Of a DNA stretch of 64,000 bases, positions 1 through 13,499 are shown piece by piece (position 1 is the stretch's first letter; every line of letters begins with the position of its first letter). The position numbers and the translations under genes are program-made. Origin of the DNA: Azolla caroliniana (lineage: Eukaryota > Plantae > Polypodiophyta). The stretch spans positions 20,956,001 to 21,020,000 of the forward strand of contig JBHGNT010000002.1 of assembly GCA_043228905.1 (NCBI GenBank), in the 5' to 3' direction. Below the pieces are notes generated by a model. It was not told the DNA's origin. It was given only the letters and a program-made list of their open reading frames with translations, and searched no databases.

Positions 1-360
1 GAGCCAAGCAACTCAGAACCTGCAGAAAAACAACGAAAGAGGAGGAGAGAGCACGGTTCCCAGTCCGACAGCACCTCGTCCTCGCCCAAAAAGGCGATAT
101 CCTTTCAGCCTTCTCCCCTTTCCTTTTATAGGCCTCTGGGGAGGGACCGTTACATCTTGGTCACATCACTTTATTCTCTGCCCCTTCGGAGAGAGATACG
201 CGTTGATTTCCTAGCTAATAAACATTTACTACCTAGTACATTTACATCAGCCGAACTAATCCTAATTATGTACTCCTTATCAATACTTTAGTACGTGTGT
301 AAGGACCGGTTCATACACCTTCTTCACGGATTCCGCCTAAGGCCGATTTTCTTCACGACG
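1..360 (-). mobile_element. Partial LTR of a Ty3/gypsy element (same family as 12014 and 45750), continuing off the left edge
   Basis: Reverse complement begins CGTCGTGAAGAAAATCGGCCTTAGG. It aligns by eye with the LTRs at 12014 and 45750, including the TATAAAAG box, GAGGACGA(G/A)GTGCTG and TCTGCAGGTT. No PPT precedes it, so it is probably a 5' or solo LTR. The flank is GCGT. Confidence 0.8.
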
Positions 361-983
361 GCGTATCAGGGCGGCAAAAAGCTAAGGCGAATCATATAAC
401 AGTATTTGACGATACTATTTCCACCTTGAGGTCTGCCCCCACCACAGCCCAGCAAACCCACGCCACCACCACATTCCGTGAAACGGAGGTTAGTAGAGTT
501 GGCTGCCATAGAATGGGATGATGAACCACAATCTTCCCAACCTAGCACGCGGACAAGACAAGGAGAATGGCCGGCGAACTGGGAGGAAGCTTCGTAGGAG
601 TAAGAAGCCGAGAAATGCCAGGAAAGTCCGAGGCCAAAATGGCGTAGGATGGACAAGAAAGATGGGTGCGGACTAGTCAAAGACACAACCGCGGACAAAG
701 ACATAACCGCCTTGGTCGACAGTTCCGCAGCTATAGAGCCCAACACCACTTTCGAACTAATCCGGGAACTACGGTCAATCATTACGAACCAATCGCAGCA
801 TGGGAAAGGCATACTCACGGCGGAGAGCGAAGTCCTAAAGTACCCGGACATCCCAGATACAATCCATGAGTTCGGTGCACTACTACAATTTGGAACAACT
901 TACGAACTCATGGAATTTTTGGCAATGCAGCAAATTAAGGTATCGCAGCGAATGGCGGAGGAGCACGCAGAACAATAGATGAT

Positions 984-1217
984 TGAGCGTGTGCTCACAC
1001 AAACAACGGAAAGTGAGGATGAAGGGCCTCTAGCCAAGGTTGGCAGGAAACGGAATGCGGGGATTCGGCGTATGGGCATCGAACTACCTCCATTGAATGC
1101 TGAGCGTGTGCTCACACAAACAACGGAAAGTGAGGATGAAGGGCCTCTAGCCAAGGTTGGCAGGAAACGGAATGCGGGGATTCGGCGTATGGGCATCGAA
1201 CTACCTCCATTGAATGC
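984..1217 (+). repeat. Perfect 117-bp tandem duplication (39 codons)
   Basis: TGAGCGTGTGCTC...CCATTGAATGC occurs at 984-1100 and 1101-1217. Confidence 0.95.
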
Positions 1218-2217
1218 GGCCCTAGTCGAGGTACATCGGGAGTTGGCTAGAGTAAGTGTGGGAGCCAAGGATATGGCTAGCAAGAATAAAAACGTGTGGA
1301 AAACAGTCAAGATGACTCAAGCCCAATTACAGCAGGCCCAACAACGTATTACGGAGGTTGAACACAGCATCACTAGGGCACCGCAAAGAGGAGATTGCCA
1401 CACAACAGGACATTGTTGCTAAAGCAAAAAGGGCTACGCAGCTTGCGGAGTCTGAGATTGACTGCCTCCTCTCTGAACTCCGCCAATCCTCCGACAGAGA
1501 AAAGGACATCCGAGCCAAAGGCCGAAAGGTAGTGAAGGCCCTCAAAGAGAAACTCGAAACGGAGGCAACAACGCACACTCACACGAAAGAAGAAAACACC
1601 AAACTACGGGAGGAAGCCCAAAATTCGGAAGCGATGATCACAGGACTCCGGGCGTGGTACGACGAGCAACTCGTACGAGAAAAGGAGGTGAGGCATCAGG
1701 TCAAAGTCCGCCTAAACAATGAAATGGGCCGGCTGGAGGAATTACATTCGAAAGAGTCTTAGATATGGCCAGGAATGAATAACCATTATGAGGAAGCGGC
1801 TGCAACTAATAAGCAAGAAATCGAAAACCTCAAAAATACCCTAGAATAAGCGCAAAACTGCTGCCAAGTAATAACCGACAACGTGCGCATACTTTTTCAA
1901 ACAAATCGGGAGAGGTTTATGGCGCAATTACAAGCAGCGCTAGACAAAGGCTGGATGGAGTGGGTAACACAAGCGGCGGAGTTGCATACCTGCCGAGCGG
2001 ACTGGGAGAACTGTAGGAAAGAAGCCTGAGGTTTCTATAAACTCAATGAGGAAGGCCTTGTGGCAGTACGCGAGGACCTAACACAGGATTATCGCACAAT
2101 AGCAGACCAGCACTTCGAGGAACTCGCGCAACTATTGGACGATTTTGGCGAAAGTAGGAGGATATGTTTCACTGAATCATGGAAGCATGCAGCATGCGGC
2201 CAAGAGCGGAGCCCATC

Positions 2218-2375
2218 GTGATACTGCCGAACAGGAGGAACCTCAGCCCAATTCTCCGGAGATGACAACTATGACAGGCAACATGTGGCAAGGAGCGGAG
2301 CCCATCACGATACCAGAAAGTGATACCGCCGAACAGGAGGAACCTCAGCCCAATTCACCGGAGAGGACAACTATG
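2218..2375 (+). repeat. Imperfect direct repeat (~56 bp, 102-bp spacing)
   Basis: GTGATAC(T/C)GCCGAACAGGAGGAACCTCAGCCCAATTC occurs at 2218 and 2320, encoding DTAEQEEPQPNSPE twice. Confidence 0.9.
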
Positions 2376-3054
2376 GCCGTCAACACTGAGGAAGTTACGG
2401 ACAGGACTGCCTCTCAGCCTACTGAGAGCCTACAAATGGAATGAGCCAGTAGAGCCGGGTCCACCCACGCAGGGAGACGTTGACGCCATGGAAAACCCCA
2501 CCGAGCAAGTACAAGATATGCAACCACGCAACAACGCGCCTACGGGCACTAGGCCGTCCCCGGACCAGTATGTAGGAGTGGAACCAAACATTTGGGATAT
2601 TTTGGAGGAAGAAAATATCCCAGATGTTTGGTTCGACATGCCATGGCACTGTCCCACAGGCATGCCAGGTGTTGCGGGAAGCGTGAACGGCTAAAAGCCT
2701 TGTGTATATAAAGGGCAGAAATCCTCTATAAGAGGTGCGTGTAATATTGGGAGTATAGAGCATTTCTATAATAGAATACTATCTTCTCTGATCTTTGTGC
2801 ATATCTGTGGTTTTCTTTGCTGCGTTCTTGGTTTCTCTGTTGCGTACTGTTAATCGTAAGGGTGTAGCTGTAAGTGCGGATACTAGTGCACTTTCTAAGG
2901 AGTTCGGTTGCAACCGTTCCCCCTTATACGCTACTAGGATACAAGGGAGTATCCCATTACGATTTACGGTACGATGGTTCTATTCCTTGTAATACAGTCA
3001 CCTTGAGGTCTACGTCGAAGGACTGAGCGTAGATAGTGTTCCTAATTGGTAACA

Positions 3055-6000
3055 CGACCATCTACATCCAAAACCGGATCGGTGACAAGGTGTCAGCACA
3101 TGAGCTGTATTTCGGGCGGAAGCCGAATTTGAGACACCTTCGGATATTCGGTAGTGTGAAAGTGATTTTAGAATTCAAGGTATTGGACACTACAACAATA
3201 TAAGGTATGGAGCATTCACATCCGGAGGTCAAGAACATGAATCAAGGTCTGGAGGATAAGTCAAACTAAAATCAAGATACATGGAGAAAAGTAAAAGAAG
3301 AAAAAAGCGAGCCTCCAAAGCACAGTCTGAAACAAACGCTCATAACTCATTCATTTGGACGCCAAATATGAGTTTGAAAGCTTATGAAGAGAGCTATCCG
3401 TAGCTTTTTAAATCTCTAAATGTGGAGCTTGGATGAGGGAGATATGACGATTAGAAGATCGTTGTGTCATAGCTAAGAATAGGAGATGGAAAACTTCTAA
3501 AAAAAACGTAAAAAAGAAAGCAAGGGAAAGTTATATAAAGGAAGAAGAGTAGGGTAGTGAGGGAGGAGTCTATTTCTTGTGGTGTTTTTCTTGCCTATTC
3601 ATGTAGTGCGTTTTTCTAGTGATCAATTTATCCTTGTAGGCTTGAGTTTATGTATCTTCTTTCTCTCTTACTTAAACCATAATCATTCATTATCAATAAA
3701 TCTCTATTGTTTTGGATCTATATATCTTATTTATCTTTCTTTTCTATCATCTCTCTCTCATCATTTTTGGCACTCCAGGGAGGGCCGATCCTTTTCATAT
3801 AACAGGAGGAACGGTTGTCCACTCATTGATGGTTGGATCTACCGATTCATCTTCAAACTGATGGCAAGATATGGAGTTCACGATGCGACAGATCTACGAA
3901 GAGAACTTTTCCAATTGCGTATGGTTTCATCAATGTGCTACCTTGAGTATGAGAAGACATTTTTGGATATATGGTCCATTTGGATTCGACTTGTTGGAGG
4001 TGTTGAAGATGTATACTTCAAGATGCAAAGATTCAAAGTAGGGCTAGATCCATATTTTCAATATGAAGTGCATATGAAGTACCCAAGGTCTTTCCATGAT
4101 TTGCTTTGAGTATGTCAAAGTTATGATCAACAATTGAAGAAGTTGTTATTCAATGAAGCATATGGAGTATCGACGTCATATACCATAAATCCAACCTATA
4201 ATAATTGTGAATCAGTCATGAGCCAACAATCAACATACTTGCAATGTCCGATTCAATAGGTTCCCTCATATCATTATTCTAATTTTGGAGTTATAATGAT
4301 GTCTATGAAGGTGATTCCAGAGACAAAGAAGAAGAGGTGATTAATGTGGAGTTCCCCCATATAGTTCATGAGGACAACCATGATATAAAGAATGATGATG
4401 TGAAAGACGAATCCAAGGAGATAGTTATGAGAAATGATGCTATGAATGGTGATGCCAATGTACATCATGTTGAGGAAATTATTGATACAACAAGCGATAT
4501 GGTGGTTGATGATGAATATGTGCAAGATGAAATGGAAGATATGACTGAAAAAGTTGTTGATGGTGAAGTACCCACAAGGGAGTTGCAAGATGAAGGTAAC
4601 CTGGAAGTGATAGTTGGAGATTGGCTTTTGGTGATCAATGCATGTAAGGAAGCATTGGTAAGTACCAAGTTGCAGTGTATGAAGGTGTTCGTGCAAGATT
4701 TGTGTTTTGGATTTGCATTGAGTAGCAACAAAGTTATGTGGGCATCAAATCTTCAACAACAATTTGATCAAGAGCCAAGAGAATTACTTGTAATGCATGA
4801 TTGGAGTATCATGAACTTATCACCATCAAAGAATCCACCACAACTAATCAAATGTATAAAGGAGAAGGAATCATCTATCGACAATGGCAAGCAAGAAGAG
4901 GAAAGAATAACAATTGATGAATCTTCGTGGGATAGGGAAAAAAATCATTCCACATGGTGTCTAAGGAGGAAGAAGAAATCATTGAAGAAGGGAAAAAGAA
5001 GATGATTTCAAATGATGTCCAAGGAGAAGAACATCTAAAGTTTAATTCCCTTCTTTTTAAGTTTCCAAAGTTATTCATAAATGACTATTCACAGATAAGA
5101 GTAGAGGGCATCAAGCACCACATCAAGTTGGAGGATTTGAAGTTTGTCTCACCTATTGTTGTGGTTCCAAAGGAGAAAGACATCAACTTCCAACCCTTGA
5201 TTGATTCAACCATACAAGATCAATTTTCACTTCATTTCCGAGATGAGATTGTAGATGAAATAGTCATCTATAGAAAACAAGGTAGTGTGGAGAATGTGGT
5301 ATGCCAAGAAGGAATTTATATGGATGAATCAAAGATCAAAGTAATTCAAAAGGGGACAACTCCGACAAGTTTCCAAGCTTTGAAGGTATTTGTACAAAAA
5401 TTTCGCTCACTCGAAAGATTTATTCATGTGTTGACATGCTTACTTCTATCAAGAGTTATGTATTGCATGGACCTACTTGTGTTTGGAAAGTCGATGAAGA
5501 TATACTAATTGTTGTAACCTCTTTCTTTGTGTTGACAAGGAGAAAGATGGTGATGACAATTGTCAATGTGTGTGTGCATGTAGGAGTGTGAGGTTTTTAG
5601 TACTGATTAGCAGGGGTTTTACTCACATAATTTGTTTCTTTTTTTCTCTCCTTTGTCTATAGCCATGAATAAGGCAAAGGAGAATCTTTTGTTTTATTGG
5701 TAACTTAGGTTTCACCATAAATGGTTCACCAAGAAGTAAGGGGGAGGGCTAAATGTGAAAGTGATTTTAGAATTCAAGGTTTTGGACACTACAAAAATAT
5801 ATGGTATGGAGCATTCAAATCCGGAGGTCAAGAACACGAATCAAGGTCTTGAGGATAAGTCAAACTAAAAGCAAGATACAAGGAGAAAAGTAAAAGAAGA
5901 AAAAAGCGAGCCACCAAAACACAGTCTGAAACTAACGCTCATAACTCATTCGTTTGGATGCCAAATATGGGGTAATGAAGAGAGCTATCCATAGCTTTTT

Positions 6001-6760
6001 AAAGCTCTAAATGTGGAGCTTGGATGAGGGAGATATGACGATTAGAAGATCGTTGTGTCATAGCTAAGAATAGGAGATGGAAAACTTCTAAAAAAACGTA
6101 AAAAAGAAAGCAAGGGAAAGTTATCTAGTTGAGAAAACTTTTATATAGAGGAAGAAGAGTAAGGTAGTGAGGGGGGAGTCTATTTCTTGTGGTGTTTTTC
6201 TTACCTATTCATGTAGTGCGTTTTTCTAGTGATCAATTTATCCTTGTAGGCTTGAGTTTATGTATCTTCTTTCTCTATTACTTAAACCATAATCATTCAT
6301 TATCAATAAATCTCTGTTGTTGTGGATCTATATATCTTATTTATCTTTCTTTTCTATCATCTCTCTCTCATCAGGTAGCATAGCATATGTGCATGTACCG
6401 GATGAGAAGCGGAGGAAGCTAGATCCAGAGTTGGAGCAATGCATCCTAGTCGGTTACTCGCATGAGCAGAAGGGGTATAACTGTTATAGCCCCCAGAATA
6501 AACATGTATGAGTAAGCCGAGATGTTGAGTTTGATGAATCGGCATCATGGTAGTCTCTACTGACTCCAACTTCTGACTCTGACCTGATTCCTGAAGATGA
6601 AGCTAGTGAGCCCGAAGAGGTCTAGCTAGAAGATGAAGACTTCGGTACTGTAGATGAGAGTCTGATCTCATTCCGACTAAGTGGGCCGAAGGAGTGGTTG
6701 AGTCGGGATGAACAGTCGGATGAAGAACCGATGAGTAGTAGAGGCTTTGCCATGCTCTCC
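3055..6760 (+). mobile_element. Ty1/copia integrase C-terminal fragment, split by the 3155-6373 insertion
   Basis: Reads TIYIQNR..SAHELYFGRKPNLRHLRIFG, then after the insertion SIAYVHVPDEKRRKLDP..CILVGYS..QKGY. Confidence 0.9.
3155..6373 (+). mobile_element. Non-autonomous Ty3/gypsy-derived LTR element (3.2 kb); LTRs 3155-3763 and 5754-6373; TSD GGTAG
   Basis: Both LTRs run TGTGAAAG...CATCA. GGTAG lies at 3150-3154 and 6374-6378. PBS-like TGGCACTCCAGGGAGGG at 3768 and PPT AAGGGGGAGGG before 5754. Gag remnant KMQRFKVGL..EV..KYP and RT remnants SPIVVVPK and GIYMDESKIKVI. Confidence 0.9.
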
Positions 6761-7277
6761 TCGTCATCTTCACTACCGGAGTGAAGGTCTCGTCGTAGTC
6801 AATTCCGTGGGTCTGTGCGTATCCCTTCGCCAGTAACCGGGCCTTGTACCGGTTGACCGAACCGTTGGCATTGTACTTCACCTTATATACCCATTTGCAA
6901 CTAATCTGTTTACACTGTTAGGGAGGGTCAACCAGGTCCCATGTGTCGTTGGCATCAACAGCCCGCATTTCTTCCTCCATAGCAGCACGCCAATTTGTGT
7001 GTTTTGTTGCTTTTGTGTAGCTCTCCGGCTCACGCACTTCCGCCACCTTAGTCATGTACGCATATTGATGCGCAATGTACTCATTGTATCCGTACCTCAT
7101 GACGGTTTTCTTTTGACAAGTTGACCATCGTAACTTTGTGTTACCCAGTTTGAGGCCCTTCTTGGCCGGTTTGGACTTCCTTTCTGAAGACCCTCTTTCT
7201 CCCTTTCAGAGGTCAGATTCATTCCGATTCGACCCTTCACTGCCGGTATCGTATTCTGGCATCTTCTTCTTCACCTT
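6761..7277 (-). mobile_element. Inverted copia INT-RT linker and RT N-terminus (continues at 18171-18212)
   Basis: Minus strand reads KKMPEYD...RYGYNEY...EPESY...WRAAMEEE...[30 protein letters not shown]. Confidence 0.85.
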
Positions 7278-7750
7278 TGTTGAGAGACAAGCTCAACATT
7301 CAGTGCAAAGTACGCAACGTAACCCAATGTGTAGACTAGGTGCGTGAAAAAGTACGCACAACAGGGCCACATCGGTGTGAAAAGCGAAGAGGCCGTTAGA
7401 GCGTTATTCCTCGTAAAGGAATAATTTTGGGAGTTTGGGTAGTCCGCTCATTTATGAGCATTCAAGTACTGTCAGTACTTATGTCAGCCCGATTGTCAGG
7501 GCTTGTATATAAGGTGCTCATTGAGCACGAAGTATGTACTGAATAGAGAATTATTTTGAATTTGATCTATTGTCTCTCTCTCTCTCTCTGTCTCTCCCTC
7601 TCCATCTCCATCTCTGTGTTTTCTGTGGTTACTGAACTACTTTGCATTTACGCACATGCTTCCACACAACTTTTACATGGTATCAGAGTGCGAGGGTTGA
7701 AGTTCTCTATAGCCGACAAGAAAAGCTTGCAACAAAACAGAGTTGAACAA

Positions 7751-10700
7751 TATGGACAGAGGTATGGGAAGCTCGCTACCGATTGAGAAGCTCGACAGGA
7801 GCAACTACACATCTTGGTCATACAAGAGGCACCAGTACTTGCTCGGTCACGACTATTGGAGTTATGTGAAGGAGCTAATGATGTAACACCTGATTTGACA
7901 CACAGAGAGTTTTCGGCTTGGGAACAAGCGGCAAGTAGAGTTCTCTACTCCTTTGCATCCTGTGTGAGCGACCAACTATTGAGCTATATTCGGGATGCTA
8001 AGACGCCAAAGGATGTGTGGGCGAATCTCAAAAAGCTCTTCGCCGCAAGCACTATAGCCATGAAGCTTCAACTCAGGCAAGAGTTGAGCAATGTACGACA
8101 ACGAGATATGTCAGTGGCTGACTACACCACCAAGATCAAAGAAATCTGCGACTCACTCCCCTCTGTCAACGTGAACGTCAAGGAGGACAAGATGGTGCAG
8201 GTTTTTCTTGGTGGGTTAGCATCTAAGTTCGGAGCTTTCTACACAAGGGAGAATATGCCTTCGTTTTTCGAGCTTCAGTCAATGTTGCTCGTAGAAGAAA
8301 ACCACGCGGGTGCATCGACGAGTGCACACACTGATGGCAAGATGCTCTACACGGAGGATGATAGGCCTTGTGGTCATGGTGAACGAGGCAGATCGGCGTG
8401 CAATGGAGGTGGCCGTAAAGAAAAGAATGAACAACATAATTGAGATGCCGGAAGCAATTCTGAACCCTCTGGAAGCAAGGGGAGTCATGGTGGCGCCGAA
8501 AGACGACAAGAGAAGCTCGCGTCGGAATGTTGGTACTGTGGCAAGAAAGGCCACAAGGAGAGCGAGTGCTGGAAGAAACAAGGTGATTCAAACAAAGCTG
8601 GATCCAGCGGAAGAGACGCAGGAAGGCGTCAGAAGTCGCACTACGCGGAAGGCTTGGAACCGGAAATGGAATGGGCCCTGCCTTCGTAATGAAGCATAAG
8701 GCCAACTCAATGTCCGTGAACACCTCGAAATCAAGCGAAGTGTGGTATGTAGATTCCGGAGCGTCAAATCATATGAAGAGTACCGGAGAATGGTTCTCAT
8801 ACTTGGAGAAGCCAAAAAAGAAAGGAGTGGTCGAAACGGGAGACGACACTCCTCATACCATTGAACATGTCGGCGAAATGTGAAGCCACGTCGGGCAGAA
8901 AGGGAAGCTAATGAACGTGTTGCACGTCTCGAAAATAACCAAGAACCTGGTGTTGGTCGGTCAGATCATCGACCGAGGTATGCAAGTTCGATTCACGCAC
9001 CTCGGTTACTTCATAGAAGAGGAAGGCAAAGTGATCGCGCAAGGGCATCGTGAAGGGAGGATGTTTATCCTCGACACTAATCAAGCCGGAACCGCGTTGT
9101 ATGAGAAAGGACAAAAGGTCGAATCGGATATAGACCTGTGGCACAAGCGGTTCGACCACATAAATTTCCCACGGCTTCGTGAAATGCAGACAAAGAACAT
9201 TGTGTTTGGATTGCCGAAATTTCGAGGTCGTAATGCCCAAGTCTGCGAAGCCAGTCAGATGGGAAAACAACACCGACTTCCATTCCCCAATGAACGTAAT
9301 CGTAGTCGAAGTCCGCTGGATTTGATCCATTCGGATGTGTGGGGTCTGGCACAAAACGTGAGTCTCGATGGAAGCCGTTACTTTGTAATCTTCATCGATG
9401 ACTTCACTCGGCACACATGGGCATGTATGATTGAGAAGAAGAGTGAAGTCATCACATGTTTCCTGAAGGTGGGGCGTAAGATCATATGCCTACGGTCTGA
9501 TGGCGAGAAGGAGTACTTCTCCGACCAGTTCACATGTTATCTACATAAAGGAGGGAATTCGACGCAAATTTTCATGTAGATACGCGCCGGAGTAGAATGA
9601 CATGGCCGAGTGGAAGAATCGGACAATCGAAGACGCGGCTAGGGCAATGATTGAAGAGAAGCATATGCCGAAAATTTATTGGGCCAAAGCCGTGAAGACG
9701 GCTATCTACCTGCAAAATCGGACTTCTGCTAATGGAGGAGTGTCGCCACATGAGCTATATTTTGGGAAGAAGCTGAACTTGGCACACTTGAGGATTTTCG
9801 GCAACATCATGTATGTGCACGTGCCGAAGGAGAAAAGGAGGAAACTGGATGCTAAAGCTGAGAAATGTATCTTGTACGGCTATTCAGATGAGCAGAAAGG
9901 GTATAAGTGTTATAACCCTCGAACAAAGGAAGTACGCGTAAGCCGCGACGTCGTGTTCGACGAGTCCGCTTCGTGGTACTTGCCTTCACCTCTAGTACCT
10001 GAAGACTCCATTCCAATTTTTGAAGAAGAGATCAACGAGGCTGAAATGCCTCCACATGATGAGGACGTCGGAGCTCTAAGAGAGAGTCTAATCTCATTTC
10101 GGCTTAGCGGGCTGAATGAAAGGTTGGGCCAAGATGACCAAGCAGACGATGAGATGGCAAGTAGTGGAGATTCAACTGTGATGTCCCCACGTAAAAAACC
10201 GAGGAGACTGTTTACGCACAAGGAGAAGGGCAAGAAGAAAATGCCAAAGTAAGATTTCGGCAGTGCCCAGTCAGTTCGAAGTGAATCTGACATCGAGTCG
10301 ATCGTAAAGAAACCCCGACAGAAGAGGTCAAAATTAGCCGAAAAAGTCGTGAAATCGGGTAATGACGAATTACACCGATCTACCCGCCTGAAGAACCCCG
10401 TAAAGAGATACGGGTATAATGAATATTTGGCACACCATTACGAATACTTGACGCGAGTGGCGGAAGTGCGTGAGCCGGAGAGCTACGTAGAAGCGGTGAA
10501 AGACGTGAACCGGCGTGCTGCAATGGAGGAAGAGATGCGCGCATTATCGGAGAAGGAAACTTGGGACTTGGTTGATGGACCGAAAGGTGTGAAGCCGATA
10601 GGATGTAGGTGGGTGTACAAGGTCAAGTACAACACTGACGGCTCGGTCAACCGATACAAGGCCCGGTTAGTAGCAAAAGGCTACGCGCAACAACACGGCA

Positions 10701-11990
10701 TCAACTTCGATGAGACGTTTGCGCCGATGCAAAGAGGACGACCGTCCGTGTTTTGCTTGCGGTAGCTATGGCGAAGGGTTGACACTTACATCAGATGGAT
10801 GTAAAGAATGCATTCCTGAAAGGTGAACTTGAGGAACAGTGGTACATGATACAACCCCCCGAATTTCTATCCGAACGAAACACCTCGGCAGTTTTTTGAC
10901 TGAGGAAGTCATTGTACGGACTTAAGCAAGCCCTGCGTGCCTGGAATGCAAAGATTACGCAACAGCTATGTAGGATGGGCTTCTCGACATCGAAGTTTGA
11001 CTCTTCATTATTTGTTTGGCGAAGTCAACATGGCCCGATAAGTCTTCTATTGTATGTTGATGATTTAGTCATCGCCGATGCCGATCTAGAAGAAATCCGC
11101 TGCGTAAAGTCTCAACTTGCGGCATCATTCGAAATGAAGGATCTGGGGGACCTTCATTACTTCCTCAGGATCGAAGTGATCCGCACCCCCGAAGGCATAC
11201 TGATCAGTCAACGACATTACGTGCTGAGTATGCTCTTCAAGTTTGGGATGGCAAACTGTAAGCCCATCTCGACCCCTCTGGATAGAAACACAAAACTTCG
11301 CCGAGATTCGGGGAAGGCATGCGACCCGACGCAGTTCCGACAGATTGTCGGAAGCCTTATCTATCTGACCATTACTCGGCCGGATCTTAGTTATCCAGTC
11401 GGCTGCATCAATCAATTCATGTCACAGCCTACGGCCGAACACTTTCAGTGCTCGCAACGGATACTGCGTTATGTTAGCGGCACGAAAGACATGGCGTTGT
11501 TTTATCGGGCAGGCGTAGCCGAATAGTTAGCCGGCTACACGGATGTTGATTGGGCCAGAAACACCTACGATCGTAGATCCACATCTGGAGACGCATTCTC
11601 TCTAGCAAGTGCAACGATTGCGTGAAGCAGTAAGAAGCAGCCGACTATAGCACTATTGAGCACGGAGGCCTAATATCGAGGGTGTCTGTCGCTACGTGTG
11701 AAGTCATTTGGCTGAAATGGCTATTACAAGATTTGCAGGTAGAGGTTTCTGATCCGACGACGATCTATTGCGACAACCTCAACAGTATCCACATTACGAA
11801 AACCCCGTGTTCCACGCCCGGACCAAGCACATTGAGCGGGTCCTTTCAAGAGAAGTTGAATTGGTGCATGTTTTGACTGATCGATAGATTGCCGACATCT
11901 TCACCAAGCCTCTTGGCCTTGACATGTTGCGGCTTTTCTCGGGTGAGCTAGGGTTGCTTCACCTCGACACACCGAACTTGAGGGGGAGAA
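7751..11990 (+). pseudogene. Copia gag-pol polyprotein, disrupted by stops and frameshifts
   Basis: Motifs MDRGMGSSLPIEKLDRSNY, CWYCGKKGH, WYVDSGASNHM, LWHKRF.H, IHSDVWG, LRSDG, KARLVAKGY, LLYVDDL and ADIFTK. Confidence 0.9.
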
Positions 11991-12492
11991 AGGAAGAACA
12001 GGAACAAGAGCGTTGTCGTGGAGAAAACCGTCCCTAGGTGGAAACCGGGTATAACGTGCGTAAACCGGCCCTTACACGTGGGCACAAGTTTTGTTGTATA
12101 GTACGTAGATAGGTAGAAGTTGGCTGAGGTGGAATTCTAGGTAGCACGCATTCACTAGGGAGAAAATCGAGGTGTATCCCTGTTCGAAAGGACAGGGAAT
12201 AAACATGATGTAACGGGTGGTAACGGCCTCCCTCCTTGGGCTATAAAAGAGAGGGAGAGGTATTGAAAAAGTATCGCGTTTTGTGGAGGACGAAGTGCTG
12301 CCGGAGTGGAACCGAGCTCTTCTCCTCTATCTTCTCCATAGTCGTTCTGTGCAGGTTTCGGGAGGCTGACTCTGCTCCGCGGAACGCTTGAGTGCTTCCG
12401 GTAGAGTCTCCATCTCGCGTTCTGTGTGTGTGTGTTTGTGCAGGCGTCGGAGCTTGTCACTCGCTGGCTGCCCGGTTGTAACTCCTCGATAT

Positions 12493-12539
<47 letters not shown>

Positions 12540-12719
12540 TACATTCGTTCTGTCTCCATTGTTGAGGGCTAGTTGCAACTCTTATGAATCGGTGTTTCTG
12601 TGCCCGTGTGAAGCACATCGGTAGTTTCCTTCCCCTCTTCTCACTAGGTAATTTCTTGGTCCAAGGCCCCCATGGTCCCGCCTCATTCTCAACGCACGCG
12701 CGTAACAACGCGACATTTT

Positions 12720-12736
12720 TGGTGAACCCGACGTGA
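12720..12736 (+). promoter_or_regulatory. Primer-binding site complementary to the tRNA-Trp 3' end
   Basis: TGGTGAACCCGACGTGA is complementary to ...UCACGUCGGGUUCACCA, the plant tRNA-Trp 3' end as I recall it. The identical sequence is at 46403. Confidence 0.8.
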
Positions 12737-13499
12737 ACAGGGGCAAAGGAATAGAAAGATGAGAGGGTTGGATCTTGCAGAAGCCATGGCTTCGGCTGTG
12801 GATCGGATAGTGAGTGCGCGTGAAGGCACATGCGTCCTCGATAGGGCTATTGAGGCAGTCGTCGGCACGATAGGCCGGTTCGATGGCAAGGATGCCACGA
12901 GCTATTTGGAGGCTCACCGAGCCGAAATGGTGATGAGGGACATTCTGGAGGACAGGCGACTGGCCGAATTCCCACAGGTGGTAGTGCCGGGCATCCACGT
13001 GGAGGTGCTTGAGGTACGGACTGAGAGTCGGACCTGGGAAGAGTTTGAAGGTCGGCTCCTTGAAAAGTACGGGCTTGATGGCGCGCTTCGGTTATCGAAG
13101 CGGGAGTTCATGCAATGGGTGGAGACCCCCGAAAAGGGGTGAAACGCGTTGGTGCTCCTTAGGGAGTTTGAAGAACGTTTCGCACGTCTTTCGGCGCTGG
13201 AGCAGACCGTACTGGACACAAGTTGTGTCCTATTGTTCGTTAAATCGGTGGACGCAAGGGACCGGGAGCAAGTGGGCTTCCTGCTGAAGACCGATGATGG
13301 CCTAACAACCGACTGGGCCGTGTTAAAGAGAGTCTGTGGCCGTTTTGACAAACGGTGTGAGTGGGTCGATAAAGACTTGACGAGGGCGGGTTCTATTGCG
13401 ACAAGGAAGGTTGAGGTACCCCCGTCGACGCGAAGGGAAGAGACTCGAGACTGGCTCAAGCCCGGCTCGACTTCGACCGGCATGGTCAAAGGATCATCA

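Larger units (their letters stand above)
649..2444 (+). pseudogene. Fragmented long coiled-coil, E/K/Q-rich ORF (possible retrotransposon extra ORF)
   Basis: ORFs 649-978 and 979-1422 are in frame and separated by a single TAG. A frameshift leads into 1358-1762, and fragments continue to ~2444. Composition is heptad-like. Confidence 0.5.
361..3054 (+). mobile_element. 3' portion of an unclassified retroelement: decayed coiled-coil ORF followed by LTR-like sequence
   Basis: TATA-like box at ~2705 and a T/C-rich tract. The segment ends ...GGTAACA exactly where copia integrase codons begin (3055). No RT or INT motifs are visible within it. Confidence 0.5.

Noticed and set aside
3579-3763. Hydrophobic membrane-like ORF (also 6189-6383 and 54303-54628)
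   Set aside because: It arises from T-rich LTR or MITE sequence and is duplicated in both LTRs.
12155-12831. ORFs with VCVCVC or HTHTHT runs (also 16665-17373)
   Set aside because: They are translations of microsatellites inside gypsy LTRs.
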